DNA from: Thainema sp.
GTDB lineage: Bacteria; Cyanobacteriota; Cyanobacteriia; Phormidesmidales; Phormidesmidaceae
Assembly: GCA_052168235.1 (NCBI GenBank)
Contig: JBQLZK010000030.1
Location: 15,986 to 79,985 of the forward strand
Reading direction: 5' to 3'
Length of the DNA stretch: 64,000 nt
Shown here: positions 48,614 to 59,312 of the stretch, in pieces
How positions within the stretch are numbered: position 1 is the stretch's first letter
How the letters are laid out: each line of letters begins with the position of its first letter
Program-made: the position numbers and the translations under genes
Notes under the pieces: model-generated
What the model saw: only the letters and a program-made list of their open reading frames with translations
The model's database searches: none
What the model was told of the DNA's origin: nothing

Positions 48614-49245
48614 AAGCGGTGCAACCGGAGGTGCGAGCCCTGGCCTCAGAAGCCGCCAACAAGTTGCAAGCTCTGGTGATGCGTCACCCCCAACCCGTTG
48701 AGGCTCAGTGCCGAAGGCAATCGTAACTGCGGTGCTCGTCCCCCTTGGGCCAAAGCTCAGATTGAGCACCACATCGAGTGGTTAAGCCAAGAGGTCAAGC
48801 AGCTGGACGAGCAGATTCAAGAGCAACTCAATCAATCTCAGCACTGGCAACAGCAGCAGGCACTTTTGCAATCAATTCCCGGCGTTGGACTCGTCGCATC
48901 AACAACCCTAATTGCCATTCTCCCGAAACTCGAACAACTGACTCGCCAGCAAATTGCCGCACTCGTTGGTGTGGCTCCCATCAACTGTGACAGTTTGTCA
49001 TGGGTGGCGCTCGACGGTGCGCTCAGTCTTGTTTACGGCTGCTCTGGTCGCTACCCAGTTCAATCCGTTGATGCCGCCTTTTACCGCCGATTGTTGGCTT
49101 ATGGCAAACCGAAGAAGGTGGCCTTGGTCGCTTGTATGTGTAAGTTGCTGGTCATCCTTAACACCATGTTCAAGCACAATCAGCCTTGGCAACCTCCGAC
49201 TGTGCAATCTACTTGACTTTTAAGATAATCGCTTAAGATAATCGC
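48614..49245 (+). pseudogene. Degraded IS110-family transposase
   Basis: LQSIPGVG...QIAALVGVAP...DS, GGRSTVRSVLF...FNP, GKPKKVALVACMCKLL spread over several frames; N-terminal DEDD domain missing. Confidence 0.88.
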
Positions 49246-49279
49246 TCAGCACTGACCTCTGTAGCGCTAATTCTACGAA

Positions 49280-49378
49280 CTAGTGGTTTGTCAACCTTGT
49301 TTTGGTGGGTTTTGATGATTGATATGCCGCGCAGAGCGCGGCATATCAATCATCAAAACTGATTTGACACAGCACTAG
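49280..49378. repeat. MITE-like palindromic element
   Basis: CTAGTGGTTTGTCAA / TTGACACAGCACTAG ends; 24-bp perfect internal hairpin with AGA loop. Confidence 0.75.
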
Positions 49379-49380
49379 TC

Positions 49381-50442
49381 TTACCGCTTCATCCGGGCAC
49401 CGCGATAGCGTAGATTTTGCTGAATGGTATGGCGACGGAGAAACTTAGGTAAATCACCGCAATGTCCCATGATTAACACCGTATCCCCTGCCGCCAAGTG
49501 AACCTCACGATCGGGGTGAATCATGACCGCACCGCTATTTTGCCGCAGCGCCACGATAATAAACGTGCCCTTGCCGCGCATTTCAATATCGCCAATGGTG
49601 CCGCCGATCAGGGGCGAGTCATAGGGAATGGCGAATTCATCCATTTGAATATCAATATCAGCCAGTAGCTCATTTAGATCCGATCTGCGATCGCTCTGGG
49701 CCAAAAAGTCCATCGTCGTCGGCTGAGTAATTAACTGCGCCATGCGCAACGCTCCAATCGAGGCAGGAAGTACGACGTGATTCGCGCCCGCTAGCCGCAG
49801 TTTCTTTTCGGTTGATGGCAATTCACCACGAGCCAGGATCACTAACCCTGGATTAAGTTCCCGCCCAGTCAGGGTGATAAAGACATTCAGCGCATCGTCT
49901 GACAGCACCGTCGCCAGCGTCTTCGCTCGCTCAATGCCTGCCGTCTTCAGAATCGCCTCGTCCGTCGCATTGCCCCGACAGGTAAGATATCCCATCTCTT
50001 CCGCTTCAGTCATGCGGTCTGGATCGTTATCAATGACTACAAACGGCTGCTGAGATTCCTGCAAGCGACGCGCCAGCATTTGGCCAATTCGACCAAACCC
50101 ACAGATGACGGCGTGCTGATTAAGATTGTCGATTTCGCGAGTCATACGTTTTCGAGTGAGGGCGCGATTAATTTCTCCTTCCGTCACCAGTTGCACAAAA
50201 CCACCCACGATATAAACGGCAGAACTGGTGCCAGCAATGATCACTAAAATGGTAAAGATCTTGAGCGCAGGTGATTCTAGCGGTTTGACTTCGCCATAGC
50301 CGACTCCAAAGATCGTGATAATCACCATGTACAGGGCGTCCAATGGTGTCCAGCCCGCCAGCATATAGCCCGTCATTGCCACAATTAGCGTGATGACGAA
50401 AAAGACGGCACCTATAATAATTCGGCGGGAGGAAGCCTGCAT
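49381..50442 (-). CDS. Potassium channel (2TM + RCK/TrkA-N/C)
   Basis: GVGYGE filter; CGFGRIG; TrkA-C tail. Confidence 0.92.
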   Translation of the reverse strand: MQASSRRIIIGAVFFVITLIVAMTGYMLAGWTPLDALYMVIITIFGVGYGEVKPLESPALKIFTILVIIAGTSSAVYIVGGFVQLVTEGEINRALTRKRMTREIDNLNQHAVICGFGRIGQMLARRLQESQQPFVVIDNDPDRMTEAEEMGYLTCRGNATDEAILKTAGIERAKTLATVLSDDALNVFITLTGRELNPGLVILARGELPSTEKKLRLAGANHVVLPASIGALRMAQLITQPTTMDFLAQSDRRSDLNELLADIDIQMDEFAIPYDSPLIGGTIGDIEMRGKGTFIIVALRQNSGAVMIHPDREVHLAAGDTVLIMGHCGDLPKFLRRHTIQQNLRYRGARMKR

Positions 50443-50709
50443 AAATCAGCGAAAGTCAGATTCAAAATGCTGATTGTAAGCATGGCACATTTATTTGGCT
50501 GGATGATTTTGAATCGTTGACATGCTGCTATCTCGCATGTGTAATTAAGAACTCGAAAGATTTATTGTCGCAATGGGCAGCGAATTTCTTCCGAATTCTG
50601 GGTGCAGAATGTGAGCCTGCGTAAAGGTTAATAGACAAGTGCCCCAAAAGCAGGACGGTCTCAGTCAAGATTGCGTACCATTAGCAAAGGTAAGACTCTC
50701 TACATCGCC

Positions 50710-52887
50710 ATGGCTCCGACATTTGTTACTCGCTATCTGCTCGCGTTCCAGCAATATAAATGGTATGGGCTGGCTGGGGCTTTGACCGTATTTGGCATTT
50801 CCAGCGTGATTGCCATTCAACCACCGCCACCGCCGACCTTCAAAGCAGAGGCGGTCATGGTGCCGACTGGGCCACCCGTTGCGTTCACGCAGACGGGAAG
50901 CGAAATTCAGGTGGCAGGCCAAGACGTCAGCGAATATTTTTTGCTTTCAGATGCCGTGCTCAATGCAGTATCGGAAAAGCTCATTGAGTCTGGTATTCAA
51001 GTTGATCCAGTCGGGCTCTATCAAAAAACACGGGTGCGGCTGTCTCGCAATGAAACCTCAGGCCGATTAGAAGCAATCGGTGTCACCTACGACGGTGAAG
51101 CACGCCAGGAAGCAGAAGCGGCGATTCAGCTTCTGCTTACGGCGATGGTGAACCAGAGCCGGGATGCTAATAAAGCGCGATTACGTAGCGTGATTGATTC
51201 GATTAACGAGCGATTGCCGTCCGTAGAAGCCGAACTGCGAGCAGCCGAACAAGATCTAGAGCAGTATGACCGTCTGGAAGGGCCAGCCATTCAGGCCGCT
51301 CAAGACGGTAGTCTGCTGAGCAACATTACGAATAGTGAGCAGCAGCGGCGTCAGATTGACCTAACACTGGCGGGCATTGAGGCCCAAATTCAAAGTTTGC
51401 AGTCCAAACTGGGACTGACTCCAGATCAAGCCTATGCCTCTTCGGCGCTGAGCGCAGATCCCATTATTGCCAATCTGCGATCGCAGATCTATACCACCGA
51501 ATCGCAAATGGCGATTCTCTCGCAGGATTTGCGGCCTGAACACCCCACCATGATCGAGCTACAGCAGCAGTTGAACGCCTACGATCAGCTCCTGCAAGCG
51601 CGCGCGGCTGAGGTAATCAGTGGGGGACAAGGTGCCGCCTTGACGGGAGCGAATTCCATTCGGCAAGACAGCAGTCTAGATCCAGCACGACAGGCACTGG
51701 CCAATGAGCTAGTGGGGCTCGAAACCCAGCGGGAAACCCTAATTCAGCAGCAGCGCACTCTGCAACAGACCGAGCAAGATCTGCGCCAGCAGTATGCCGC
51801 TTTGCCGAATAAGCAGCTAGAGCGGAATCGCTTAGCCCAAGTCGTGGCTGAAAAGCAGGCCATTTACGAGCAGATGGTGGCTAAACGGATTGATGCTGAA
51901 GCGGCTGAAGCTGAAACCGTGGCGAGTTTGCGGGTTAGCCAACCCCCCCAAACCCAGAGAGTTGAGCCAGAAGTAACCAGTGGCATCATCGTCCTGATTG
52001 CGGGTGGCTTCATTGGCATTATTGTTGGGGGAGCCATTATCTTCTTGCTGGATGCAGTTGACGGCACAATTCGGACAGCGGGCGATCTGCAGTCCTTGCT
52101 CAACGAACAGGATGCGCCTCTGCTGGGTCTCATTCCCAATTTGCCCCAACGACCATCGCAAGGGCTACCGATTTTGCTGTCGCCCCAGTCGGCCTATCAC
52201 GATGACTATGAGCGGCTGCGGAGTAATTTGCGACGGGCTACAGAAACCGCCCCTCAAACGCTCTTGGTCACCAGCACTATCCGCCAAGAAGGTAAAACGG
52301 TGACGGCGTTCAACCTCGCGATCGCATCGGCGCGGGCAGGCAAACGAACGCTAATTATTGAAGCAGATCTGCGATCGCAGTCCCAGGCAATGGCCCTGGG
52401 GGTTGAGCCAACACCCGACAGTCAGTACGAACCGCTGCACTATTACGGCAATCCCAGCCAGAGTATTCAGCTTGTCCCTGCGATCGCAAACCTATATATC
52501 GCGCCCAGCCCTGGCCCTCAGCGTCAAACCGCCGCCATTCTTGAATCGAGTGAGATGCAGCGCTTTTTACAGGACGTCAAAGGTCGATTTGACATGGTGG
52601 TGATTGATGCGCCAGCTCTCAGCCTCAGCAACGACACCTTGATCCTGGAACCGTATACCGATGGCGTCGTTCTCGTCACCCGACCACAGGTGAGCCAATC
52701 GGCTATGTTGAATGAAGCCCTAGAAGAAATGACGGAATCAGAGGATATTCGCTTCTTGGGTGCGGTGATCAGTGGGTCGGACTCAACAGCTGAAGTAGAA
52801 CCGCTATTAACGGACAACGGAGCCGGACTCTCTGCACCACAGCCACTGAATCAAGCTAGCGAAGTCCCTGGCCTATCCCGAGTTTGA
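50710..52887 (+). CDS. GumC/Wzc-like polysaccharide co-polymerase
   Basis: N-terminal TM, long coiled coil (PEHP), second TM, TSTIRQEGKT, IEADLR, VIDAP. Confidence 0.88.
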   Translation: MAPTFVTRYLLAFQQYKWYGLAGALTVFGISSVIAIQPPPPPTFKAEAVMVPTGPPVAFTQTGSEIQVAGQDVSEYFLLSDAVLNAVSEKLIESGIQVDPVGLYQKTRVRLSRNETSGRLEAIGVTYDGEARQEAEAAIQLLLTAMVNQSRDANKARLRSVIDSINERLPSVEAELRAAEQDLEQYDRLEGPAIQAAQDGSLLSNITNSEQQRRQIDLTLAGIEAQIQSLQSKLGLTPDQAYASSALSADPIIANLRSQIYTTESQMAILSQDLRPEHPTMIELQQQLNAYDQLLQARAAEVISGGQGAALTGANSIRQDSSLDPARQALANELVGLETQRETLIQQQRTLQQTEQDLRQQYAALPNKQLERNRLAQVVAEKQAIYEQMVAKRIDAEAAEAETVASLRVSQPPQTQRVEPEVTSGIIVLIAGGFIGIIVGGAIIFLLDAVDGTIRTAGDLQSLLNEQDAPLLGLIPNLPQRPSQGLPILLSPQSAYHDDYERLRSNLRRATETAPQTLLVTSTIRQEGKTVTAFNLAIASARAGKRTLIIEADLRSQSQAMALGVEPTPDSQYEPLHYYGNPSQSIQLVPAIANLYIAPSPGPQRQTAAILESSEMQRFLQDVKGRFDMVVIDAPALSLSNDTLILEPYTDGVVLVTRPQVSQSAMLNEALEEMTESEDIRFLGAVISGSDSTAEVEPLLTDNGAGLSAPQPLNQASEVPGLSRV

Positions 52888-53066
52888 TACGAGTTTGATA
52901 GTGGCCTTTGCCTATCGTCGATATCCGTTAAGTCTAACCAATGGATGTTGCCACTGCAGTGCAGCGGCAACATCTCCCTGCTGCTTTTTGGTGCTATTAC
53001 TCGATATGGGCCGATAAAGAAATCAGTCCAAAGAGGTATAAAAAGTGCCAGTGTCGATAAGAGATA

Positions 53067-56000
53067 ATGGAAAGATCCGTTCCTCAACAGAACATGCTGA
53101 GTATTCTTCGTGGCCCAATACGGTATTACGCTGCTGCCATTTTTGCCGTATTTGTTGCTGGAGGCCTAAGTGTATTTCTTGATCCCTGGCTAGATCTGAC
53201 CAAAACTCCGTTTTTGCTCTTTTTTGGCGCTGTGATGGTGAGCGCTTGGTATGGCGGATTGCGGGCAGGCAGTGTGGCAACGCTGTTATCGGCTGCGGCC
53301 AGCTACTATTTTTTTCTTCAAGCTGATTATGCTTGGGCATCCAGTCTGGACTCGATTGCTCGATCCGGTATTTTTGTGATAGAAGGAGTTCTCTTTAGCT
53401 TCCTCTGCGAAGCTCTGCGCCGCTCAAAGTGGCGCGCAGATCAAGCCCTGCAATCGCTGGGTGAACAAGAAGAATCACTGCGCAACGCCACGGTTCAAGT
53501 CTCAAATCTACAGGAATCCGAGCGCTATTTTCGTCAGCTAGCAGAAAATATTAACAGCCTATTTTGGGTATTCGATCTAGCGACGGGTCAGCTCCTCTAC
53601 GTTAATCCAGCCTGTCGGACACTGTTAGGCCAAACAGAACAGGATCTGTACCACAATCCATCCTGCTGGTTGGACAACATCCACCCTCAGGATCGCGAGC
53701 GGATTCATCAGGCCAGAAATCAGCTTTATCAGCAACAGATCAAGTTTGACGAAGAGTATCGGATCTATGCTGCTAACGGAGAGGTTCGCTGGGTGTGGGC
53801 CAGAACTTTTCCCATTTACGATGAAACAGGGGAAGTTGTTCGCGTTGCCGGATTAGCCGAAGACATTACCGAACGCAAACAAGCCAGCGAAGCACTACAA
53901 GAAAGCGAACGTCGCCTGCGCCGCCTGGTTGAATCTAATCTGTTTGGCGTCGCTTTTGCCAAGGCTGATGGCACCCTCAGCTTTGCCAATGGCTACTACC
54001 TCAACATGCTGGGCTACAGCCGCGACGACTTAGAGTGCGGCAGACTCAACTGGCAACAGATGACGCCATCAGAATATGAGGTTCTCGACCAACGTGCGAT
54101 CGCAGAAATCCAGCAGCAGGGCACGGCTGTTCCATTCGAAAAAGAATACATCCGCAAAGACGGCAGCCGCGTACCCGTTCTAATTGGCTGCACCAGCTTG
54201 GAAGACGCAACTGATGCTGACTGTAACAATCCAGAAACGATTGCATTTTTGCTGGATTTAACGAATCTAAAGCACACCGAAGAAAATCTGCGCCAGCGAG
54301 AACTCGAACTCAAGCTGATTGCCGATGCAGTGCCGCCCCAAATTTCGTTTGTCGATCGAGATGAACGCTATCAGTTCGTTAATCGGCGCTACGAAGAGCG
54401 ATTTGGGTATCCAGCCGAGGAGATTTGCGGCAAAACCGTTCGCCAAGTTCTGGGCGAAGATGCCTATCAGCGGGTTTCCCCTTACATTCAGCAGGTTTTG
54501 ACCACAGGTCAGCCCGTCGCGTTTGAAAATACGATGCGGTATGCCAACGGTCGCTCCAGCCATCTGCATGTAACGTATGAACCTCAATTTGATGAGCACC
54601 AACAAGTGACAGGCTTTGTAGCCCTTGTCAACGATGTCACCGAACAGCGACAGGCCGCCGCTGCCTTAGCCCGGAGTGAAGAGCGCTATCGCTCACTGGT
54701 AGCGGCATCTACGTCGATTGTCTGGACTGTGAATGAGGCAGGCGAGTTTGTTGAACCTCAACCGCTGTGGGAAGCCTACACCGGGCAAACCAAAGAACAA
54801 TATCAAGGGTTAGGCTGGCTAGACGCACTCCACCCCGATGATCGCGATCAGCTCTATCAAACCTGGATCAGGGCTCGCGACCAGCAGAAAATCTACTGTT
54901 CAGAAGCTCGGATCTGGCATGAACCTAGCCGGTCTTACCATTACATCGTTTCCCGTGGTGTGCCGCTTTATGATGACAATGGGGACGTTCGGGAATGGAT
55001 TGGCACGATTACGGATGTTGAAGAGCGTCAGCAAGCGGTAGAAGCTCTGCGTCAGCGAGAACAAGTACTGGAGCAGCAGCTTCACATGCTCGACCTAGCA
55101 AACGACAGCATTATTATCTGGAATTTAGAGCATCATATTACCTACTGGAATCAAGGAGCCGAGCGGGAATATGGCTGGAGCAAAGCTGAGGTGCAGGGTC
55201 AAACGATCCATCAGCTTCTCCAAACGTCTTTCCCCCAACCGCTGGAACAGTTGCTGGCAATTTTACAAAACCAGGGGCATTGGCAAGGTGAACTTACCCA
55301 GATTTGCCGCGACGGTACGGCTATCATTGTCAGCAGCCGCTGGACGCTGCAGTACGACAGCCAAGGGCAGCCAAAAGCGGTGTTGGAAATCAACAACAAC
55401 ATTACGGCTCAAAAGCAGGTCGAAGAAGAGATCTATCGCACTAATGAGCGGCTGCGGGTTGCGCTCAAACACGCACCGATTACCGTTTTCAGTCAAGACC
55501 AAGATCTGCGCTATGTGTGGCTATACAATCTGCCCACTCAGTTTGGGCTCCGGGATGAGGAAGTGATTGGCGTATTTGATACCGATCTATTTCCTGACTC
55601 TAAGGAAGCCGAGCAGCTGATGCAAGTGAAGCGGCAGGTACTCGAAACGGGCGTGGGTGCTCGCCAAGAGGTCCAGGTGACGGTTCATGGTCAAATGCAT
55701 ATCTATGATTTAACGGTTGAACCCCTACTCAATGCCCAAGCTGAGCGAGTAGGCGTGACCTGTGCAGCCATTAACATCACAGAACGCCAGCTCTCTGCGG
55801 CTGCCCTACAAGCAAGTGAGGAACGGCTCAGCCTAGCCATGGAAGTGGCTCAACTCGGGTTCTGGGATTGGGATATTACCAAAAATCGGATGACCTGGTC
55901 ATCCAATCACGCCCATTTACTCGGTCTGTCACTCAACGAATTCGAGCAAACTCTCGATAGCTTGATCGCCTGCATCCATCCTGAAGATCAGGCACAGGTG

Positions 56001-57353
56001 CGAGAGCGAATTATGCAGGCCGTTACAACCGAATCCTATGCGGCTGAGTATCGGATTATTTGGCCAGATAACAGCATCCGCTGGCTCGTCAGCAAAGGCC
56101 AAGTATTCCATAACGATCAGGATGAACCCGTGCGGATGATTGGCGTAGCCTGGGATGATACTGCGCGTAAGCAGATGGAGCAGGAGCGAATTAAGCTGCT
56201 GGAGCTGGAGCGTTCGGCACGGGAATCCGCCGAGGCCGCCAATCGGATCAAAGATGAATTTTTGGCGATTGTGTCCCACGAACTGCGATCGCCCTTAAAT
56301 CCGATTTTGGGCTGGTCGCAAATGTTGAGATCGCGCAAGCTTGATACCGAAACTACGGAGCGGGCACTCGAAACGATTGAGCGCAATGCTAAACTCCAGT
56401 CGCAGCTCGTCGATGATCTACTGGATGTATCGCGCATTTTGCGGGGCAAGCTACGGTTGGAGGTACAGCCAACTCAGCTGCAACCTGTTATCCTCGAAGC
56501 GATTGAAACGGTACAGCTTTCGGCTCAGGCTAAGGGCATCGACATTCAAACAAAATTTCAGGCTGATTTAGCCCCCGTGCTGGGTGATGCCAATCGTCTC
56601 CAGCAAATCGTGTGGAATTTGCTCTCGAATGCCGTTAAATTTACCCCCGAACAGGGGCGAATCACCGTGCAGCTCACGCAGGTTGACCATATCGCTAAGC
56701 TAGAAGTACAAGATACGGGCTGCGGCATTGATGCTAAGTTTTTGCCCCATGTATTTGAATATTTCCGGCAGGGCGACAGTGGCATTACCCGCGAATTTGG
56801 TGGCTTGGGTTTGGGCTTAGCGATTGTCCGCTACCTGAGCGAACTGCACGGCGGTACGGTTAAAGTTGCCAGTCAAGGCAAAGATCAAGGCTCAACTTTT
56901 ACAGTTCAGATCCCGTTGATGAAACCCTCGGAGATTAATTCGAGCGAATTTGCAAACACGGCCATTATTGAACCGAAGTCACTAACGGGAACGCGCATCT
57001 TGATTGTGAATGATGATCCCGATATGCGATCGCTCACGGCTGAGTTTTTGACGACTCAAGGAGCCAACGTCCAAGTCGTCTCTTCAGCAGCGGAGGTCAT
57101 TGCCCAACTCGATCGCGAGGTGCCGGACGTGCTCATCAGCGATATGGCCATGCCAGATACCGATGGGTACAGCCTGATTCAACTCATTCGGCGTCGTGCC
57201 CCTGAAGCAGGAGGCAAAGTACCTGCGATCGCAGTTACCGCCTACACGGCACAGCTAGATCGGCAGCAGGCTCTGACGGCTGGATTTCAGCGCCATTTGG
57301 CTAAACCAGTCAGTCCACTTGAGCTAACGCAAGCGATCTTGGAGGTGCTGTAG
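53067..57353 (+). CDS. Membrane multi-PAS hybrid histidine kinase
   Basis: DUF4118-like TMs, ~7 PAS/PAC, SHELRSP, NAVKFT, GLGLGL, receiver LISDMAMP. Confidence 0.95.
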   Translation: MERSVPQQNMLSILRGPIRYYAAAIFAVFVAGGLSVFLDPWLDLTKTPFLLFFGAVMVSAWYGGLRAGSVATLLSAAASYYFFLQADYAWASSLDSIARSGIFVIEGVLFSFLCEALRRSKWRADQALQSLGEQEESLRNATVQVSNLQESERYFRQLAENINSLFWVFDLATGQLLYVNPACRTLLGQTEQDLYHNPSCWLDNIHPQDRERIHQARNQLYQQQIKFDEEYRIYAANGEVRWVWARTFPIYDETGEVVRVAGLAEDITERKQASEALQESERRLRRLVESNLFGVAFAKADGTLSFANGYYLNMLGYSRDDLECGRLNWQQMTPSEYEVLDQRAIAEIQQQGTAVPFEKEYIRKDGSRVPVLIGCTSLEDATDADCNNPETIAFLLDLTNLKHTEENLRQRELELKLIADAVPPQISFVDRDERYQFVNRRYEERFGYPAEEICGKTVRQVLGEDAYQRVSPYIQQVLTTGQPVAFENTMRYANGRSSHLHVTYEPQFDEHQQVTGFVALVNDVTEQRQAAAALARSEERYRSLVAASTSIVWTVNEAGEFVEPQPLWEAYTGQTKEQYQGLGWLDALHPDDRDQLYQTWIRARDQQKIYCSEARIWHEPSRSYHYIVSRGVPLYDDNGDVREWIGTITDVEERQQAVEALRQREQVLEQQLHMLDLANDSIIIWNLEHHITYWNQGAEREYGWSKAEVQGQTIHQLLQTSFPQPLEQLLAILQNQGHWQGELTQICRDGTAIIVSSRWTLQYDSQGQPKAVLEINNNITAQKQVEEEIYRTNERLRVALKHAPITVFSQDQDLRYVWLYNLPTQFGLRDEEVIGVFDTDLFPDSKEAEQLMQVKRQVLETGVGARQEVQVTVHGQMHIYDLTVEPLLNAQAERVGVTCAAINITERQLSAAALQASEERLSLAMEVAQLGFWDWDITKNRMTWSSNHAHLLGLSLNEFEQTLDSLIACIHPEDQAQVRERIMQAVTTESYAAEYRIIWPDNSIRWLVSKGQVFHNDQDEPVRMIGVAWDDTARKQMEQERIKLLELERSARESAEAANRIKDEFLAIVSHELRSPLNPILGWSQMLRSRKLDTETTERALETIERNAKLQSQLVDDLLDVSRILRGKLRLEVQPTQLQPVILEAIETVQLSAQAKGIDIQTKFQADLAPVLGDANRLQQIVWNLLSNAVKFTPEQGRITVQLTQVDHIAKLEVQDTGCGIDAKFLPHVFEYFRQGDSGITREFGGLGLGLAIVRYLSELHGGTVKVASQGKDQGSTFTVQIPLMKPSEINSSEFANTAIIEPKSLTGTRILIVNDDPDMRSLTAEFLTTQGANVQVVSSAAEVIAQLDREVPDVLISDMAMPDTDGYSLIQLIRRRAPEAGGKVPAIAVTAYTAQLDRQQALTAGFQRHLAKPVSPLELTQAILEVL

Positions 57354-57415
57354 AGCTGATGTGCAGTATAAATCACCTGTAGCGCTGATTTGCAGACGTG
57401 ATACTATCTGGCAGT

Positions 57416-57763
57416 CTATCCGCCCGCTTGTGAACTATTCTGCTGCAAAATCTCGTAGATGCGGCGGGCCATCGTCGGCGGAATGCCTGCCGCTGGGCAG
57501 AGGAACCGCACATAGTCCAGTCCTGCCGCTGTGATGATTTGACACGCATCTGGTAAACCGTGGCTGGCCTGGGCAAATTTCTCTAGAAATAGCCGACGAT
57601 CGGTGCCAGTCGTGAGCGGAAAAGACGCAGACAAATCAATTAATAAATCTTGAATGCGATTCGCGGCCTGCTCCAGTTCCTCGGCAGCAACGGCTGGATG
57701 AGCGGCATGAAGCTGTTCCGCGGTCGGGGAGATATCATTTCCCGGATGCTGTTCTTCTGTCAT
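57416..57763 (-). CDS. Hypothetical protein
   Basis: 115 aa, co-oriented downstream of the PaO-like gene. Confidence 0.6.
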   Translation of the reverse strand: MTEEQHPGNDISPTAEQLHAAHPAVAAEELEQAANRIQDLLIDLSASFPLTTGTDRRLFLEKFAQASHGLPDACQIITAAGLDYVRFLCPAAGIPPTMARRIYEILQQNSSQAGG

Positions 57764-57797
57764 ATGTCAGGGTTAACGTGGGCAACCAAACTTGATA

Positions 57798-59183
57798 TTA
57801 GCGATCAGCGTGTACGTAATCTACAAAATAAAACTGCGGCTCTAATCGATATTTCAACCAACCATATCCAGCTAGTGCCAGCAAGGCAAGCAGCACTAAC
57901 GGTAGGCCAACCCAAAGCCGCTGAGCATCGGGGGTCAGAGCTGCGATCGCAATAGCAACGGCACAAAAGACTAATAGACCTAGCTTGACCCGCTGAATGG
58001 TCTGCAAGGCTGAGCGGCAACTGCTGCAAACTAGCGTGTGCTGATGGTAGCGATCGAGTAACTGCTGGCGATCCGGCAGCGTCCACTGGGCCAGATTGGG
58101 GGTTCCCCAAGGCAGAGAGGGCGCATAGCGATCCAGCCAGCGGCGAAATTCCATCACCATTCGGTCGGACTGCGTCGGCAACCGATAAGCCGTTTTCCAG
58201 GTCTCTGTAGCGCTACGTGCTTGCAAAAATCGCTCCTGCTCATGCAGCAGAATCATATCGCCATCCAGAATGGGATTACGCACGCGCAGATGCTCCAGCC
58301 AACGGGGCGACCAGCGCTGTATCTTAGTAGCAAAATTACGCGAGAACTGAGCCACAATGCGGGACTGTCCCGCTGCAATCGGTACGCAGTAGGCAATCAG
58401 CCCCACTTGGCGCTCAGCATCGAAATGGACTTCATATTCAACTCGACAGGGCGGCATAAACAAAATGCGCGTTTTCGGCATCCGATCAATCGTCACCTCA
58501 ATACAGTCGGGCGTTGACTTTGTTACTTCTATCGGAATGGGCCGACCGCGATCGCGGTTGCCCTGCAAGCCGTGATGCGCAAACTGGACATGGGCCGGAT
58601 CGGCCACGTTCTCAATCAGCGTCTGCCAGTCATAGGCTAAATCCCGCACCATTGATGTCGCCACAAAGCCTTCGGTTTCAACTTGCTCCGATAGCGGTAG
58701 TGGGTGTTCATGGGCCTGGGTCGCTGATTCCGCATCGGGCCACACCCACAGCAATCCGTTGGCGACTTGCGTGGGCAATGCCTCAACGCAGTAGCGATCG
58801 CGCTTTTTCGTCACGATGTCTGGATCATCGGCTTGGGGAATCCGGGTACAAACGCCCTCGGCATCAAACTGCCAGCCGTGATAGCTGCACATCAAATGTC
58901 CTGTCTTTTCGTCTATGCGACCTTCACTCAGTGGCGCAAGCCGATGGGGGCACTGGTCGCGAAATACTCGAAACTGCGGCGAACTCGTCTCGATGCTGGA
59001 TGATTGAACCGAGCTGCCGTACGCAGAGACACCGTTACTAGAAACGTTAGTAACAGTACCTGCATTCCAGACAACAAACCGCTGCCCCAACAGCATAATC
59101 GGCATGGGACGGCGGGTATCGAGATCAATAATCGGCGCAATGGGATACCACTGCTGCCAAAAGTTGAAGGCTGTCTCTGTCAT
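57798..59183 (-). CDS. Pheophorbide a oxygenase-like Rieske protein
   Basis: CPHRLAPLSEG...CSYHGW, ENVADPAHVQFAH, HTLVCSSC, C-terminal TMs. Confidence 0.9.
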   Translation of the reverse strand: MTETAFNFWQQWYPIAPIIDLDTRRPMPIMLLGQRFVVWNAGTVTNVSSNGVSAYGSSVQSSSIETSSPQFRVFRDQCPHRLAPLSEGRIDEKTGHLMCSYHGWQFDAEGVCTRIPQADDPDIVTKKRDRYCVEALPTQVANGLLWVWPDAESATQAHEHPLPLSEQVETEGFVATSMVRDLAYDWQTLIENVADPAHVQFAHHGLQGNRDRGRPIPIEVTKSTPDCIEVTIDRMPKTRILFMPPCRVEYEVHFDAERQVGLIAYCVPIAAGQSRIVAQFSRNFATKIQRWSPRWLEHLRVRNPILDGDMILLHEQERFLQARSATETWKTAYRLPTQSDRMVMEFRRWLDRYAPSLPWGTPNLAQWTLPDRQQLLDRYHQHTLVCSSCRSALQTIQRVKLGLLVFCAVAIAIAALTPDAQRLWVGLPLVLLALLALAGYGWLKYRLEPQFYFVDYVHADR

Positions 59184-59312
59184 GGGGGCAAATGCAGATT
59201 GGTGGAATGGGAATCACACCTAGTATTGCGCGATCGCATCTTTCAAACTCGCATTTGCAACAGAATGTCAGATGTATGAGCTGTTGACACTTGGATCGGC
59301 GTGAAAATGGGA

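Noticed and set aside
48698..49216. 172-aa ORF as an intact gene
   Set aside because: Chimera of in-frame and out-of-frame IS110 fragments
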